DNA of 64,000 nucleotides from Bugula neritina. Its lineage: Eukaryota > Animalia > Bryozoa. Positions within the stretch are counted from its first letter, which is position 1, and each line of letters begins with the position of its first letter. Position numbers and translations under genes: made by a program. The stretch spans positions 35,178,080 through 35,242,079 of the forward strand of contig OZ037765.1 in assembly GCA_964035545.1 (NCBI GenBank), read 5' to 3'. The notes below the pieces were generated by a model. That model was not told the origin of the DNA. It searched no databases and worked only from the letters and a program-made list of their open reading frames with translations. Of the stretch, positions 12,801 to 23,784 are shown in pieces.

Positions 12801-15800
12801 GGCAGCCCACACGCAGGTTGGGGCCGGAGAAAGAGAAGGAGGTTAGCCGACAAGTACGGGATCTTCTGGACCGGGGACTGATAGAGCCCGCCCATAGTGC
12901 GTGGAGCTCGCCAGTCGTACTGGTCCGGAAGAAAGACGGCAGTTGGCGGTTCTGTGTGGACTACCGCAAACTCAATAGCGTAACCATACAGGACGCCTAC
13001 CCTCTACCTCGTATTGACGAGTCATTGGACGCCCTAGCCGGCAGCAAGTACTTCAGTACGTTAGACTTGCTAAGCGGCTATTGGCAGGTTCCTCTGAGTC
13101 CCGACGCCCAAGAGAAAGCGGCGTTTATCACACGGGACGGTTTGTGGAAGTGGAAGGTGCTGCCCTTCGGGTTAACCTCCGCCCCAGCCACCTTCCAGAG
13201 GCTGATGGAACAAGTCCTTAGCGGACTCCATTGGAAGACACTGCTGGTCTACCTCGATGATGTCATCGTAATCTCTCCAGACTTCGAGACACATGTCAGT
13301 CGTCTGCAGGAGGTTTTCGAGAGACTCCGAGGTGCCGGTCTTAAGCTCAAACCTTCCAAGTGCGCTCTGTTGCAGCCGGAGGTCAAGTACCTGGGGCACG
13401 TTGTCGGTCGAAACGGCGTGGCAACGGATCCCGAAAAGGTACGGGCAGTAGAAGACTGGGTCACCCCTCAAGACTTGACCGGACTCCGGGCTTTCTTGGG
13501 GCTGGTAGGGTATTACAGGCAATACATACCAGACTTTGCGGGCATAGCCCAGCCGTTAAACCGGCTTACCGCAAAGGGGGTGACGTGGCAGTGGACTCCA
13601 GTCGAACAAGAAGCGTTCGACCGCCTCAAGGGCTGCCTCCTAACGGCGCCCATCTTGGCCTACCCAGACCCCACTCTGGAGTACATCTTAGACACGGACG
13701 CCAGTGACCAGAATGTTGGCGCTGTGCTGTCACAAGTGCAGGAAGGCCGAGAAGTAGTCGTAGCCTACTACAGCAAGTCTCTCTCTCCCGCTGAACGAAA
13801 TTACTGCACTACCCGCAAGGAGCTGCTGGCAGTAATCAAGTCAGTGAAGCACTTCAGACCATACCTATATGGCAGGAAGTTCCGGCTGCGTACGGATCAT
13901 GCCTCGCTGATCTGGTTGTGCAGGAGAGCAGAGCCCTCTAGTCAGGTCGCCCGGTGGCTCGAAATCCTAGCTGAATTCTCGTACCGGATCGAACACCGAC
14001 CGGGCAAGAGACACAGCAATGCGGATGGGTTGAGCCGCCGACCTGACGGAGGTTGCAAACAGTGTCTCAACATCGAGAGGAGGGATGGAGGTCCCCCTCG
14101 ATGCGAGTTGGAGACGCTGGCTCATCACGGAGCACCGTTTGACTGGGATCAAGGTCAACTCAGGCAAAGAGTTGACGAGTCCCCGGAGGATATACAAAAC
14201 CTCCGCGCCAACCCTGTACTGGCCGGTAATGTTCGAGAGCTGAAGAAGCTCCAAGAAGAGCTGCCTGGAGTCGTGGCAGACATCTACCGGGCCAAAAGGG
14301 AAGGGCGACGACCCAGCGAGGAACGCATAAGACAGGGATGCGCCGAATTCCGGCTATACTGTCAGCGTTGGGACTCGCTGCGGATCGGGCAGGATGGGTT
14401 GCTAACCATCTCTCTAGCTGCCAGCGGCAGACACCCGGAAAGGAAGAGGGTAGTCTGCCCCACAGCCATCCGCCGTGAGTTGATTTGGGATACTCACAAG
14501 CAGGCCCACGCAGGGGTCAAGCGAGTGATGTCCAAATTACGACTCCGGTGGTATTGGCCGCAGATGGAGCGTGACGTCCGGCTCAGAGTCAAACAGTGTG
14601 AGATCTGCCAGGCCAGTAAGCATAGCCGCCCCCCTGGTGAAGCAGGACGGCGGAGGCTATATGCTGGTAGGCCCTGGCAAGTAGTCGCTGTAGACCTGGT
14701 CGGACCCATGCCCCTGACCCCCAGAGGCAATAATTGGATCCTAGTACTAACCGACCACTTTACTAGGTGGGCGGATGCTCTGGCTATCCCAGATGCATCA
14801 GCCCCAACAGTGGCCAGGGCACTAGACCAACACGTATTCTGTTATTTTGGGCTTCCCGAACAGATACACTCTGATCAAGGCGCTCAATTCCAGTCTCAAC
14901 TGATGAGCGACCTTTGCCACCTCTGGGGAGTAAATCAGAGCAGGACCACCCCCTACCACCCTCAAGGTAACGGGGTGGTGGAGCGCAACAACCGGATGTT
15001 AGGTGATGCGCTCCGGAGTCTCCTCCTTGGACGAGGTCAAGAGGAATGGGATACGGTGTTGCCGCAAGTCATGCGTGCATACCGTAGCACCCCACACACC
15101 AGTACTGGTGAGACCCCAAACCTCTTGATGCTCGGGAGAGAGACTCGTGTCCCTGACCATCTCACCTATCACGTTCCAGAGCAAGATAACTCAGTCCACG
15201 AGTATGCCAGTGAACTAGTGGAACGGATGAAGGCCGCACACGAGATACTGCGTCAACAGCAGTGGAAGGTGCGGCATGAAGATTCCGATGAACCACCCCT
15301 CTATCAAAGAGGAGATAAGGTGTGGATGGTCAATTACCGTAGGCGCCGCGGACAGGCTGATAAGCTGAAGCCTAAGTTCGTAGGCCCCTACGTGGTCGTC
15401 GAGGCTATGCCCAATCATACGTACAAGATTGAGCGCTCAGGACAGGTGTCTATCCAGAATGAGTCTCGCTTGAAACCGTATTGGGCTAGCCCCGGCGGAG
15501 TGGGAGAAGCCCCCCCGTTGTTAGAGCCCAGGAGGCAGACAACGACGCGCGGGCGACGGCGGCATGGACCTGAATACGAAGTGGTCATACCGCGGGAGGA
15601 AAACTTGGTGAGAGAGGAGCGGCAGCTTTTGTCAACAGAAGCGTGTCCGCCACCGCCAAGTCTAATTCCATCACTTCCAGCAACCGAGCCGGTTCCGGAA
15701 GTGCAAACCCCCACGGAGGGAGGGGCTCCATCCGGAGAACAAGAAGAGGTGACCACTAACGGTGAAGTAGAGACGCCATTTGAGGCCCCTACTAACGAAC

Positions 15801-18800
15801 CGGCAAGCGTGTCACCCCCCCTAGACAGGGGACAGCGTACGAGGCAACCCCCCGCATACTTGAAGGACTTCGTATGTGACTGCGTTAAAAGCGGCACACA
15901 TGAAAGTCTAGGGGAAAACCGTACGAGAAAAGAATCGAGCAAATGTGGGAGTTGTCAACACCACGGAAATATCAACTTTTGTATCGGCGGAAGTAGGAAC
16001 AAAATTCATCCGCCGGGTGCACAAAGTCTTAGTCACGCACCCCAACCACGTTGCTCGATCTTTTCATACGCTGATGCAGTCAAGAGTAGACGTGTTTCTA
16101 AGCAGTAGTTCAAACCATTTCACATATTCAGTATGTCTTACGACAACAGATCGTGGGGTGAGTTAACTATATCTTAATACGAAACTAGATTGCATCGCTC
16201 AGCTCTGACTCACTGAGTCAATCGAGCTGGAGATAGGTTAGTGAAATACCGTAGTAAGAACTCAGTTTGACTTAGAGATTTTTATAATCTCATTGCAATA
16301 CGGTTCTATCTGACTATTCACTATCATTAATCTCTACGAGGTAACTGAATTAGGAGTTGCCAAGCTGTTCAAGCTGACAACACAGCAGTGTAATGTACTA
16401 ACACTGTTGAAACTTTTTCAGATTACACTCGACCCGCTACAACCAGGGTACGGGATAGAACACGTCCCGCTCCATATCCGGAGGACTATGCTAGTGGTGA
16501 CCGGCCTGAGCCACTACGCCGCCGTTGGCGGTGGGTGTCTCCACAAACCGAAGAAGAAATAGAAACAGCCTGGGGGTCCAGAGGACGGACGAGATGCCAG
16601 ATCTGTGGTGAAGATTGCGCCTCTCACCGCTCCCTTAAACTACACGTCAATGCTCATCTCCTACTGACCTTCTGCCCCTGCGGGTACAATGATGTGTATC
16701 CCTACCCCGTCACCAGACACAGAGCGGCGGGCTGTTTCCCTGGAGAAAACTATGTGGTCGACGCTAAGCTGTACCCAGAGTTCCTCACACATATACGACC
16801 TCTGGTAAAGAAGGCAATGCTACTAGCCGTTCTATCCTCGGGGTTCCAAAGTGTGTTAGACAACGCCCGCCAACAATCCCCGTTGGTGTCTGACCGCCCT
16901 CCAATTACCTACACCCCCGAGGAAACTACATATCCAGAAGAAGGAGAGATCTCCCCTACCCCGGCGAAGAGACGGACCAGGTCCCCCAGTCCACCATTAC
17001 GCCGCAGACGGACACCGTCCCCAGACCCAGTACGACTAGCCACAGTAGAAGAACGCCTCCTACGATTACAAGAAGAGTTCACCCAGCTGGCGCCAGATCT
17101 ACTCAACACTACCACAGGACTCTTCCAGCTGAAGGGATCCGTATGCCGTATGAAACGGAAACTGCGTACATGCCAAGCCAAGCACCGGCGTGCCCAACAA
17201 GGACTCTAGTATGCTACCCGGAATACTCCACATTTGGTGAAGAACCAAACTCGTGTAAATGCTTAACTGCTAGACAGGTTATTCCTTGTCTAATACCACA
17301 GCTAGCTAGTATTCCTCGTCTATCTACAGCTGGCCAATTGTATGCAACGGATCGTTATAACGACTCTGTGTATTATTATTATGTCTCTTCCTGTATATTA
17401 TGTATTATTTTTGTCCACTGATGTATGCAATTACTATTGAATGTTTTTTTTTATATATATATCAGAAAGATGGCTTTCTGCTGGTGGGGGCGGTGTGGTG
17501 GTTCGTGGAACTACCAGCAGCACAACATGTAGGATCGCGTAATTGACCCGGAACAATGGATAGCCAATTAGCGTAGTTGATAGTTAGCAGCAATTGTAGT
17601 TTCCCGCTGCTAAGTCAGTCGAAGCTAGAGTGTGAAATAGATTAGATGTGTAACTTGTTGGAAATAATGTATCGTGTTTTTATAATGTATAATTGTGTAT
17701 AAAATATACTCGTTCACTCGACTTAGCCTGGTGCAGTTCTATATTAGATAAATAGACTCTCTGGATAGCATATCAACCCTAAATCTGAAAACTATAACAA
17801 TACTATATACCTGTAACTGATAGAGTAATACTATATACTGTAACTGACAGAGTAATACTATAGGTATACTAAGGCTTATACTAAACTTTAGAATGTTTGT
17901 CAACATACCTGGATCCAAGGCTAAGAGTTGTGTGAAGGTGGCATCAATTCCAGACTGCTGACTAAGAGACTCCTCTACAGCCCCGCCCACTATAGGTCCA
18001 ATATCTGTCACATGTGAAAAGGTCAGATTAGATATTAAACTGAGTTCTAAGAAATATTCTGCTTCATCATTCAACTTTCATGTTGAGTGGCAGAAACAGA
18101 TTCAACTGTTTTATTATTGATTCAACTTATTTCTATAATAACTGCTTCTGCAGCGTAATAAACAAAGGTGAGAGGTCAACTGTATTCAGGCAGGTCAACA
18201 TGCTGCTAACTAGGTACTTGATTTAACTTGTCAACAGCAAACTATGGGATGACAACTTCTCAATACAAGGGTCATAATTTCAACTTGTATCATAGTAATA
18301 TGTATACTATTACAGTATCAGTTTGCAGTAGCTTGATAAGAGACAACTCTGACATATAGAGGAGTTATTCCACCCTGCTAGATATATAATATTCCAACTT
18401 ACTGTTGAGGTCTCTCAGCATGACCTTTGCTGTGAAGTTGAACCCGTCTAAAGCCACGTAATTGATTTGCTGAAAGTAATAGGAAACACTCATTAGAGAT
18501 CAATGCGCTCATATGATACAACATGCAGATGAATTAACCTCCTACAGCGAACTATTTCCCTATTATTACTAACTTAGTACATTGACCTCTCCTTTCATAG
18601 ACCTACACTTACCTGCAACTATACGGGGGGGGGGGGGGGGGACTAAAGAGAACCTAAACTTCCTTAACTTACGTTAGTAGAGAATTACAGAAATTAAACA
18701 GATGTATGTATTCTATGTGTGGGTGGCTGACATAACCCAACAGCAAATCAAAGAAGTTCCTACATTCTCAGATTCAACACTGGTTGTGGCAGCAGCAAGT

Positions 18801-21800
18801 AAACATCAGCTTTGCTAGATTGAGGCTTAACATCTCTAGTAGTAAACTGTAGACTTAGCTCAAGTGGCAACTTAAATTGTATGTTGCTAGGAATTTTGGT
18901 AAACAGAAATATGCTTTGATATTAAGAAGGTCCACAATGCAGCTCTAAACTTTACTTATCCAATAGACTCTCAGCTCACAAGACTTATGGCATGCAGATG
19001 TGCTGTCTGCCAGGATATTTATAGCAAGTTTCTCGTCAATCAGTTGGTAAACTATTCGCTGCCTATGACTCATATAAAGACTTTCTAGAAGCTGTTAGAT
19101 GTAGGTAGATCTATAGTGCTGTAGTAAATAGATCGTAGATACAGTTATGATGCTAGAATGTTCCATGACATTCTAGAAAGAGTTACCGTAATGGTGTTGT
19201 TGCCGAAGCTCTGGAGGTCTACGGTATTCTCCTGAACCGTCTGCGTTACTTCTGAGAACAGAGTTGACATTCTCTCGTTAGTCACGTACGTGCAGACCAT
19301 GCCGCAGCTACAACGAGGATGGTATTTCATATAACAATAATAAAAATCTCAAGCAAGTTTATATAAAGAGTATATATATATATATGTACATATGGAGTAC
19401 ATATACTTAAAGAGTATATATACATATACATATGGAGTATATATATAAAGAGTATATATATATATACATATGGAGTATATACAGTATATAAAGAGTATAT
19501 ATATATATAAATATGGAGTATATAATTATAAAGAGTATATATATAAAGATATACAATTAATTATCCTAAAAAAGACATGCTAACTAAAACAAATTACTGC
19601 ACGGCACACAGAACAATCCCTTAACAAAGACTAAGGATTCAGTCATTCAACCTGAAGGGAATGCAGATCAATAACAGCTCAACCAGTCACTGTGACAGCA
19701 TAGAAACAGTCTGTAATATCAGTTGGACAACTATTCAACTTTGAACATAGCATTTAGCTTTATGAAGCAATCGAGAAAGGTTTAGCAACATTCATATCTG
19801 AAAGTTTAAACCCGTTCACATTTGCTGTCAACAGCTCTAGCACTATGATGTCATATCCTTCTTCCTATCTAATATATTAACACTAAGATGTTCAAGGGCA
19901 AAAATCTAGATAAAACGAGTGTCAATAAAATCTCCTTGAACATGAGATTACGAAATAGCATCATACAAATCCTCTTGTACTCAGAAACCTAAATACTTGA
20001 GAATATTCAGCAGGTAAAGAGGGAACAACTTACAAGAGGAAGGTGCAGCTGAGGAACAGAGTGATGATGTAACAACACCTCCAGGCAGACGTATTGTCGT
20101 CTCTCTTCTGCATCATCTTTCCTCCGCAGTTTGAGCAGCAGCAGCGGCAGCAACAGAAGCAAAACCCGACGATTGGGAATATCAGGAAAAACAGAAAGCC
20201 GATGACGAGGCACGCAGCGTATCCGCCGGCCCATTTCCCGAGCTGAAAAGTAAAGCAACGTTTATTTCATTTGTAAACTTTTGTTTCTAAACAGGATGTA
20301 GTAGTCTATTTGCAGCCCTCCTATTTCTATTACAGTAACACAAATTATATTTAATGGGATAAATAAGTATAAGTTCTAGGTTTTGGAAGTTATGCTCTGT
20401 AACTGCGACTGTGGATGTCCCCATCTAGCCAGTTACAGTCATGTTGTTATCATCTTAACAGACAAACGACATGGTGAAAGTTACACTTTTACCTTCTGGT
20501 AAACAAGTAGATTTCTACTGTATTCAGCTGGTTCAAACAATTAGCTCATAACTTGGTAACTTAATATTTGAGTCATAACTTGGTCTCTTAATATTTGAGT
20601 CATAACTTGGTAACTTAATATTTGAGTCATAACTTGGTAACTTAATATTTGAGTCATGACTTGGTAACCTTAACCTGAAGGTAGCAGCTGGAGTAACCCA
20701 GACATAAAATAACGGAAGATACATAATTGAGTGGATTTGAAATTAATTCAAAGCTAATATACCTTGAGACTCAGTGAATGCCTCTATTACTTTAAACAAT
20801 AAGGCTAATTCACTCGGTACAGGTGTAGTTAAACACAAAGCTAGGTCTACCTTATAGCTAACTGCTTATAGCTACTTTATAATATGAAATTGAATTACGT
20901 ACTGGACTAGTTCAAGACAGCTCGAGGACTACAAAATCGATATCTTTTTATTAAGAGCCTTTTGTGTGCAGACAAAGGGGGTTGAAGGGGGTATTGTTAT
21001 GTCCCTGTATGTATAGTGGGTTGTGTCAACCGCATTACTTGCATTTCGTGAAGTTTGTTTACTGTAGTTACTAGTTACACTACGTTAGTGTCTGTGACTA
21101 CACCACTATTATAATATCTAGCTTTTTTATCATAAAAACAATATAATATAACATAATATAATATAATATAATATGCTATATATAACATGAATATAATATA
21201 TAACACATCAAATAAAAACAAAGGGTTTTAGGACGTGCAAATCTGTGATAACAGAGGAAAGTAATAACTGCATGTAAAGCTATGACTTATACGTGCAGAT
21301 ATAAAACACTCACCTCTAGTATAGTACTCTGACCTCTAGTATAATGCACTTACCTCTAGTATAGTACACCTACCTCTAGTATAGTACACTTACCTCTACT
21401 CCTCTAGTATAGTACACTCACCTCTAGTATAATACACTTACCTCTAGTATAGTACACTTACCTCTAGTATAGTACACTCACCTCTAGTATAATACACTTA
21501 CCTCTAGTATAGTACACTTACCTCTAGTATAGTACACTTACCTCTAGTATAATACACTTACCTCTAGTATAGTACACTTACCTCTAGTATAGTACACTTA
21601 CCTCTAGTATAGTACACTTACCTCTAGTATAGTACACTTACCTCTAGCATAGTACACTTACCTCTAGTATAATACACTTACCTCTAGTATAGTAGTCTGG
21701 TCAAAGCTGACTGAACCATCAACTAGTCCTAAGAAAGTATCTGCAAACAAATCAAAAGTGCAATCAACACAACAAAATTATTTGTTACTATCTAGTTCAA

Positions 21801-22160
21801 GTATATTATATACTAGATGGTATATATACTGTCTAGTATATATACTATCTTATACACTGTCTAGCATATAAACTATCTAGTATACAGATGACACCCACCC
21901 CAAGGTGTTTCCTTGCCGAAGGATATTCCCACAAAGCCCTGCATTCCATTGATGAGCGGCAGCAGACCCTGGTACTTGTACTCATCCGGCTTCACTATAT
22001 ACTCTATCCCCTCTGGAATGGCAGCGTAGGTCAGCTGACTCTCCTCGTCAGCATAGTTACCGTTAGAGTCAGTGATCGTCTTTGGCGACAGCTCCTTGTT
22101 AGGATTACCATGGCAACAGACTATGTATAGTGACAGTAGGGTCAGCAGGCAGCTCTTCAT
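840..22160 (-). CDS. PROM: Prominin-like (CD133 family) pentaspan membrane glycoprotein, multi-exon, about 874 aa
   Basis: Hand-assembled GT-AG exons with consistent phases: 22160-21899, 21740-21682, 20242-20034, 19307-19187, 18469-18403, 18004-17909, 9934-9735, 7138-7000, 6619-6448, 6210-6046, 5774-5642, 5136-4924, 4452-4207, 3397-3188, 2948-2787, 2574-2459, and tentatively 1222-1190 and 861-840 (total 2625 nt, a multiple of 3). Signal peptide MKSCLLTLLSLYIVCCHG; prominin Cys-rich motif after TM1 (GFCFCCCRCCCSNCGGKMMQ); PTERGKVSNCGGLLLMA motif between TM3 and TM4; CKPI...LCGSIIDSWNCVWFSLGW...SVKLAKH around TM5. The last two small exons are less certain. Confidence 0.9.
2600..2725. repeat. 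Intronic minisatellite, ~13-bp unit TATACTTACACTG
   Basis: Degenerate tandem copies seen directly; reverse complement contains GTAAGT. Confidence 0.75.
3673..4206. repeat. Intronic minisatellite built from CAGTACTA / CAGTATACACATA subunits (~26-bp unit)
   Basis: Tandem repeat abutting the prominin donor site at 4206; explains ORF 3599..4282. Confidence 0.9.
5197..5612. repeat. Intronic minisatellite, 14-bp unit GACTAGTAGAGTGT
   Basis: Tandem copies seen directly. Confidence 0.9.
7160..8650. repeat. Intronic minisatellite, 14-bp unit GTCACAGTGGTATT, ~1.5 kb
   Basis: About 100 tandem copies with higher-order duplication; generates the repetitive ORFs at 7247-8671. Confidence 0.97.
8695..8820. 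repeat. Short tandem repeat, 23-bp unit CAATGCTATGTCATAGTATAGTA
   Basis: About 5 copies. Confidence 0.8.
9075..9720. repeat. Intronic minisatellite, 20-bp unit ACTGTGACTTACACTCATGT
   Basis: About 30 copies, starting just inside the intron after the prominin exon ending at 9735. Confidence 0.92.
9980..10298. repeat. 27/28-bp minisatellite (TACTATATACTGTAACTGATAGAGTAA), continued at 17800-17862 after the Gypsy insertion
   Basis: Same unit on both sides of the LTR element. Confidence 0.9.
10608..10625 (+). promoter_or_regulatory. Primer binding site complementary to the tRNA-Leu 3' end
   Basis: TGGTGGCAGCGGTGGGAT one base after the 5' LTR; identical at 50173-50190 and near-identical (minus strand) at 42009-42026. 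Confidence 0.85.
10638..11597 (+). CDS. gag: Gypsy Gag (capsid plus CCHC zinc knuckle)
   Basis: 319-aa ORF right after the PBS; LKAPTFTG..FIQEF capsid-like start; CWECGNQGHFRRYC knuckle. Confidence 0.92.
   Translation: METENAETQPPAIEGERRDNAVETMPVNHVVEERRVPRELAEDRYRLKAPTFTGEEEVEQFIQEFSDVMDVAQWPPRVALLKLRMALMDKAKPYGLGVDIDNIFASLRARFGLSTTDARARLQRLRRDPRTPLREHATAVMKLAQIAYSDLPPVNRERYTLDAFIASVDDLGLHHQFLARGVTTVEDALTEGEAYLLANQMHKSRGSSRQVEIDRADTAAGQGEETPAAAAVSQLATASKVTQLTDMLAKLIATLTPQNPVSTAPEPMRPLAPPQGETVSFCWECGNQGHFRRYCPFLNQGLNYRGPQMFPPSAGRRNL
11480..16108 (+). CDS. pol: Gypsy Pol (aspartic protease, RT, RNase H, integrase), probably expressed by -1 frameshift near 11540-11546
   Basis: FLIDSGC protease; RFCVDYRKLN, LPFGL and YLDD RT motifs; DTDAS...TDH RNase H; HHCC and D,D,E integrase (VAVDLVGP, HSDQG, ERNNR); GPY motif; overlaps gag in the -1 frame. 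Confidence 0.97.
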   Translation: MLGVRKSRTFPPILSLPKSGVKLPRPADVPTFRGPTKPLGKKKRRSPRRAPRTGNQQWQQPRRTSKGLRPAAAFSMPLHNRFTGLQVQESGWEHTKVAEKPASAPPRPTHHRPKRPPSRPKAREVLPARVRPEGRVQVQPHGNSYFLPGKLEGKAVTFLIDSGCTTNLLSRQLFDTLSARVRGEMEAYEGEYGTLADGLCLPFYGIIELTGRVRDQTIQETFIVSQLKEDAILGMPFLKRHGCHIDFSRSAMMMSGRELACVDKFGCPLVGGVQVVRNRTIPGRSRATIHCRVNSSRISGLGVVEGAHEKIQLASSLNQLTEQGEILVQCVNPFTEPIKLPAGSMLGRFHSVQEGDVGPSLGDATEAPPRHPIQGRGAVPTHLRELYETASGGCASNRERQAMAKLLRDYGDVFSSGEHDVGLTGIVRHEIPLTAGTVPVRQPTRRLGPEKEKEVSRQVRDLLDRGLIEPAHSAWSSPVVLVRKKDGSWRFCVDYRKLNSVTIQDAYPLPRIDESLDALAGSKYFSTLDLLSGYWQVPLSPDAQEKAAFITRDGLWKWKVLPFGLTSAPATFQRLMEQVLSGLHWKTLLVYLDDVIVISPDFETHVSRLQEVFERLRGAGLKLKPSKCALLQPEVKYLGHVVGRNGVATDPEKVRAVEDWVTPQDLTGLRAFLGLVGYYRQYIPDFAGIAQPLNRLTAKGVTWQWTPVEQEAFDRLKGCLLTAPILAYPDPTLEYILDTDASDQNVGAVLSQVQEGREVVVAYYSKSLSPAERNYCTTRKELLAVIKSVKHFRPYLYGRKFRLRTDHASLIWLCRRAEPSSQVARWLEILAEFSYRIEHRPGKRHSNADGLSRRPDGGCKQCLNIERRDGGPPRCELETLAHHGAPFDWDQGQLRQRVDESPEDIQNLRANPVLAGNVRELKKLQEELPGVVADIYRAKREGRRPSEERIRQGCAEFRLYCQRWDSLRIGQDGLLTISLAASGRHPERKRVVCPTAIRRELIWDTHKQAHAGVKRVMSKLRLRWYWPQMERDVRLRVKQCEICQASKHSRPPGEAGRRRLYAGRPWQVVAVDLVGPMPLTPRGNNWILVLTDHFTRWADALAIPDASAPTVARALDQHVFCYFGLPEQIHSDQGAQFQSQLMSDLCHLWGVNQSRTTPYHPQGNGVVERNNRMLGDALRSLLLGRGQEEWDTVLPQVMRAYRSTPHTSTGETPNLLMLGRETRVPDHLTYHVPEQDNSVHEYASELVERMKAAHEILRQQQWKVRHEDSDEPPLYQRGDKVWMVNYRRRRGQADKLKPKFVGPYVVVEAMPNHTYKIERSGQVSIQNESRLKPYWASPGGVGEAPPLLEPRRQTTTRGRRRHGPEYEVVIPREENLVREERQLLSTEACPPPPSLIPSLPATEPVPEVQTPTEGGAPSGEQEEVTTNGEVETPFEAPTNEPASVSPPLDRGQRTRQPPAYLKDFVCDCVKSGTHESLGENRTRKESSKCGSCQHHGNINFCIGGSRNKIHPPGAQSLSHAPQPRCSIFSYADAVKSRRVSKQ
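16133..17209 (+). CDS. Gypsy ORF3, predicted spliced (16133-16157 + 16422-17209, 270 aa): two zinc-finger-like motifs, RS/P-rich basic tract, C-terminal coiled coil
   Basis: ATG micro-exon ending G|GTGAGT; TACTAAC branch site at 16396-16402; TTTTTCAG acceptor at 16421; splicing joins in frame to ORF 16535..17209; CQICGEDC..HVNAH and CPCG..H..C motifs. Confidence 0.72.
19365..19550. repeat. AT-rich degenerate tandem repeat
   Basis: Repeating ATATATAAAGAGTATATATA...CATATGGAGT units. Confidence 0.7.
20546..20670. repeat. 27-bp tandem repeat CATAACTTGGTAACTTAATATTTGAGT
   Basis: About 4.5 copies; explains ORF 20533..20724. Confidence 0.85.
21305..21693 (-). repeat. 20-bp minisatellite made of the prominin exon-2/intron junction (TACTATACTAGAG|GTAAGTG on the minus strand)
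   Basis: About 19 copies; the first copy is the real exon end and donor at 21682/21681. Confidence 0.93.
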
Positions 22161-23136
22161 ACTGCTGCCAGCAATGTCTGTGGCTGTCAGCAGATCTGAG
22201 TCTACATCAGAAGTAAGTAAAGGAGGTGGCTGTGGAGTTGAACTAGTTTATACAAGGAGAGCTGCCATAATGACACTTCATATCACTTGTGTAAGTATTT
22301 CACACATCGTGAACAAATATATTTCTACTAAAAACAAAAGGCAAGGGAGGGGAGTGCACAGTAAACAGCCAAGTTAATAAAACAAAGAGGAACAGCCTAG
22401 TCAATAAAACAGGGAGTGTGTAGGGAACAGCCAAGTTAATAAAACAGGGAGTGTGTAGAGAACAGCCAGTTTAAAAAATGGGCACTGTGCAGGGAACAAC
22501 CATGTTGATGGAAAACTAAAGTAATGTTTACTTTGCACTTCAAAGTGAAGATTGAAGATAATTTTACTACTTCACTATCCTAGCATCTCCGCACCATGAA
22601 GCTGTTATGAGGCATGAAGTTCTAGTGTTTACATAGTTTAACTTATATTATAAGAGGGTATATGCTCTCTGAGTGTGAATCCTGAGGGTACAATACATTC
22701 TACTATCTATGCTGGTGGTAAAAGAAAACAGCTAATTCTATGCTGAGATATCAGCCCTCCATCAGTATCGTAAAACTCCTAGCTATTCAATAAACAGTGG
22801 ATAGCATCTCCACCTGTGATACATGCCACCTTGACCTAGATGACTTATGACACCTTGGGTAACACATGTGACCTTGGGTGTCACATGTCACTTTGGGTGA
22901 CTTGTGACACCTTGAGCTGGGTGACAGGTGCCACTTTGAGTCACAGGTGGTTTCAGTGATGGGAAACTTCTTAAGTTATCTGATCAACTCCTAAATAATT
23001 ATCAAGTAATGCTTAAGAGTGACTGGAAAAATAAATTAAATGTTGTGCTTTTAAGCTAACTGAGCTCAGTGATAGCTTCAGAAAACCACAGTCTAATGAC
23101 TTATGTTTTGTCAACACTTTGCTCCATTCCTGGGAG

Positions 23137-23380
23137 CACTTGCTGAGGGCACTTGCTGAGGGCACTTGCTGAGGGCACTTGCTGAGGGCACTTGCTGAGG
23201 GCACTTGCTGAGGGCACTTGCTGAGGGCACTTGCTGAGGGCACTTGCTGAGGGCACTTGCTGAGGGCACTTGCTGAGGGCACTTGCTGAGGGCACCTGCT
23301 AGTGACACCTGCTAGTGACACCTGCTAGTGACACCTGCTAGTGACACCTGCTAGTGGCACCTGCTAGTGGCACTTGCTAG
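23137..23380. repeat. 13-bp minisatellite GGGCACTTGCTGA grading into GTGACACCTGCTA
   Basis: Tandem copies; explains ORFs 23013-23321. Confidence 0.92.
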
Positions 23381-23784
23381 AATCGCTTGTCAGAAGTAAA
23401 AATGCAAAGTGATGGAAACCAAACAATAAACATGGTTCTTTTACAAAAGTGAAACATCTCTAATATATAGCAACTAGCAGCCTCCTAGCAACATCTGTCA
23501 TATTTATGAGTTGTGAGATAACAGAGGTTGATATAAATTACACAATGTTGTACAACTTACACAATAGGACAGTGCAGTTGGTCTACAGGAAGTAGAAGTA
23601 AGAATACTTTGACTGTTGTTAGCTACAGGTATAGGGAATACCTGTAGCCACATGTCAGTTGAATGAAATTAGAAACTGAAGCTAAGTAAAATCACATTTC
23701 TTTGTGTGAAAAGCAATCATAGCTTGTTGAAAATATTGAAATGGTGGTTTATGAAGAATTTTGTGATCCGAAATCACAACTAAC

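Larger units (their letters stand above)
10301..17799 (+). mobile_element. Full-length Ty3/Gypsy LTR retrotransposon, apparently intact and recent, antisense within a prominin intron
   Basis: 306-bp TG...CA LTRs at 10301-10606 and 17494-17799 with no differences seen by eye; PBS TGGTGGCAGCGGTGGGAT at 10608-10625; G-rich PPT before the 3' LTR; open gag, pol (PR-RT-RH-IN order) and ORF3. Confidence 0.97.

Noticed and set aside
10916-15942. Numerous short antisense or alternative-frame ORFs within Gypsy gag/pol
   Set aside because: Expected shadows of GC-rich coding sequence
16535-17209. ORF3 as a retroviral-type envelope gene
   Set aside because: No signal peptide or transmembrane segment; it has zinc-finger, basic and coiled-coil features instead
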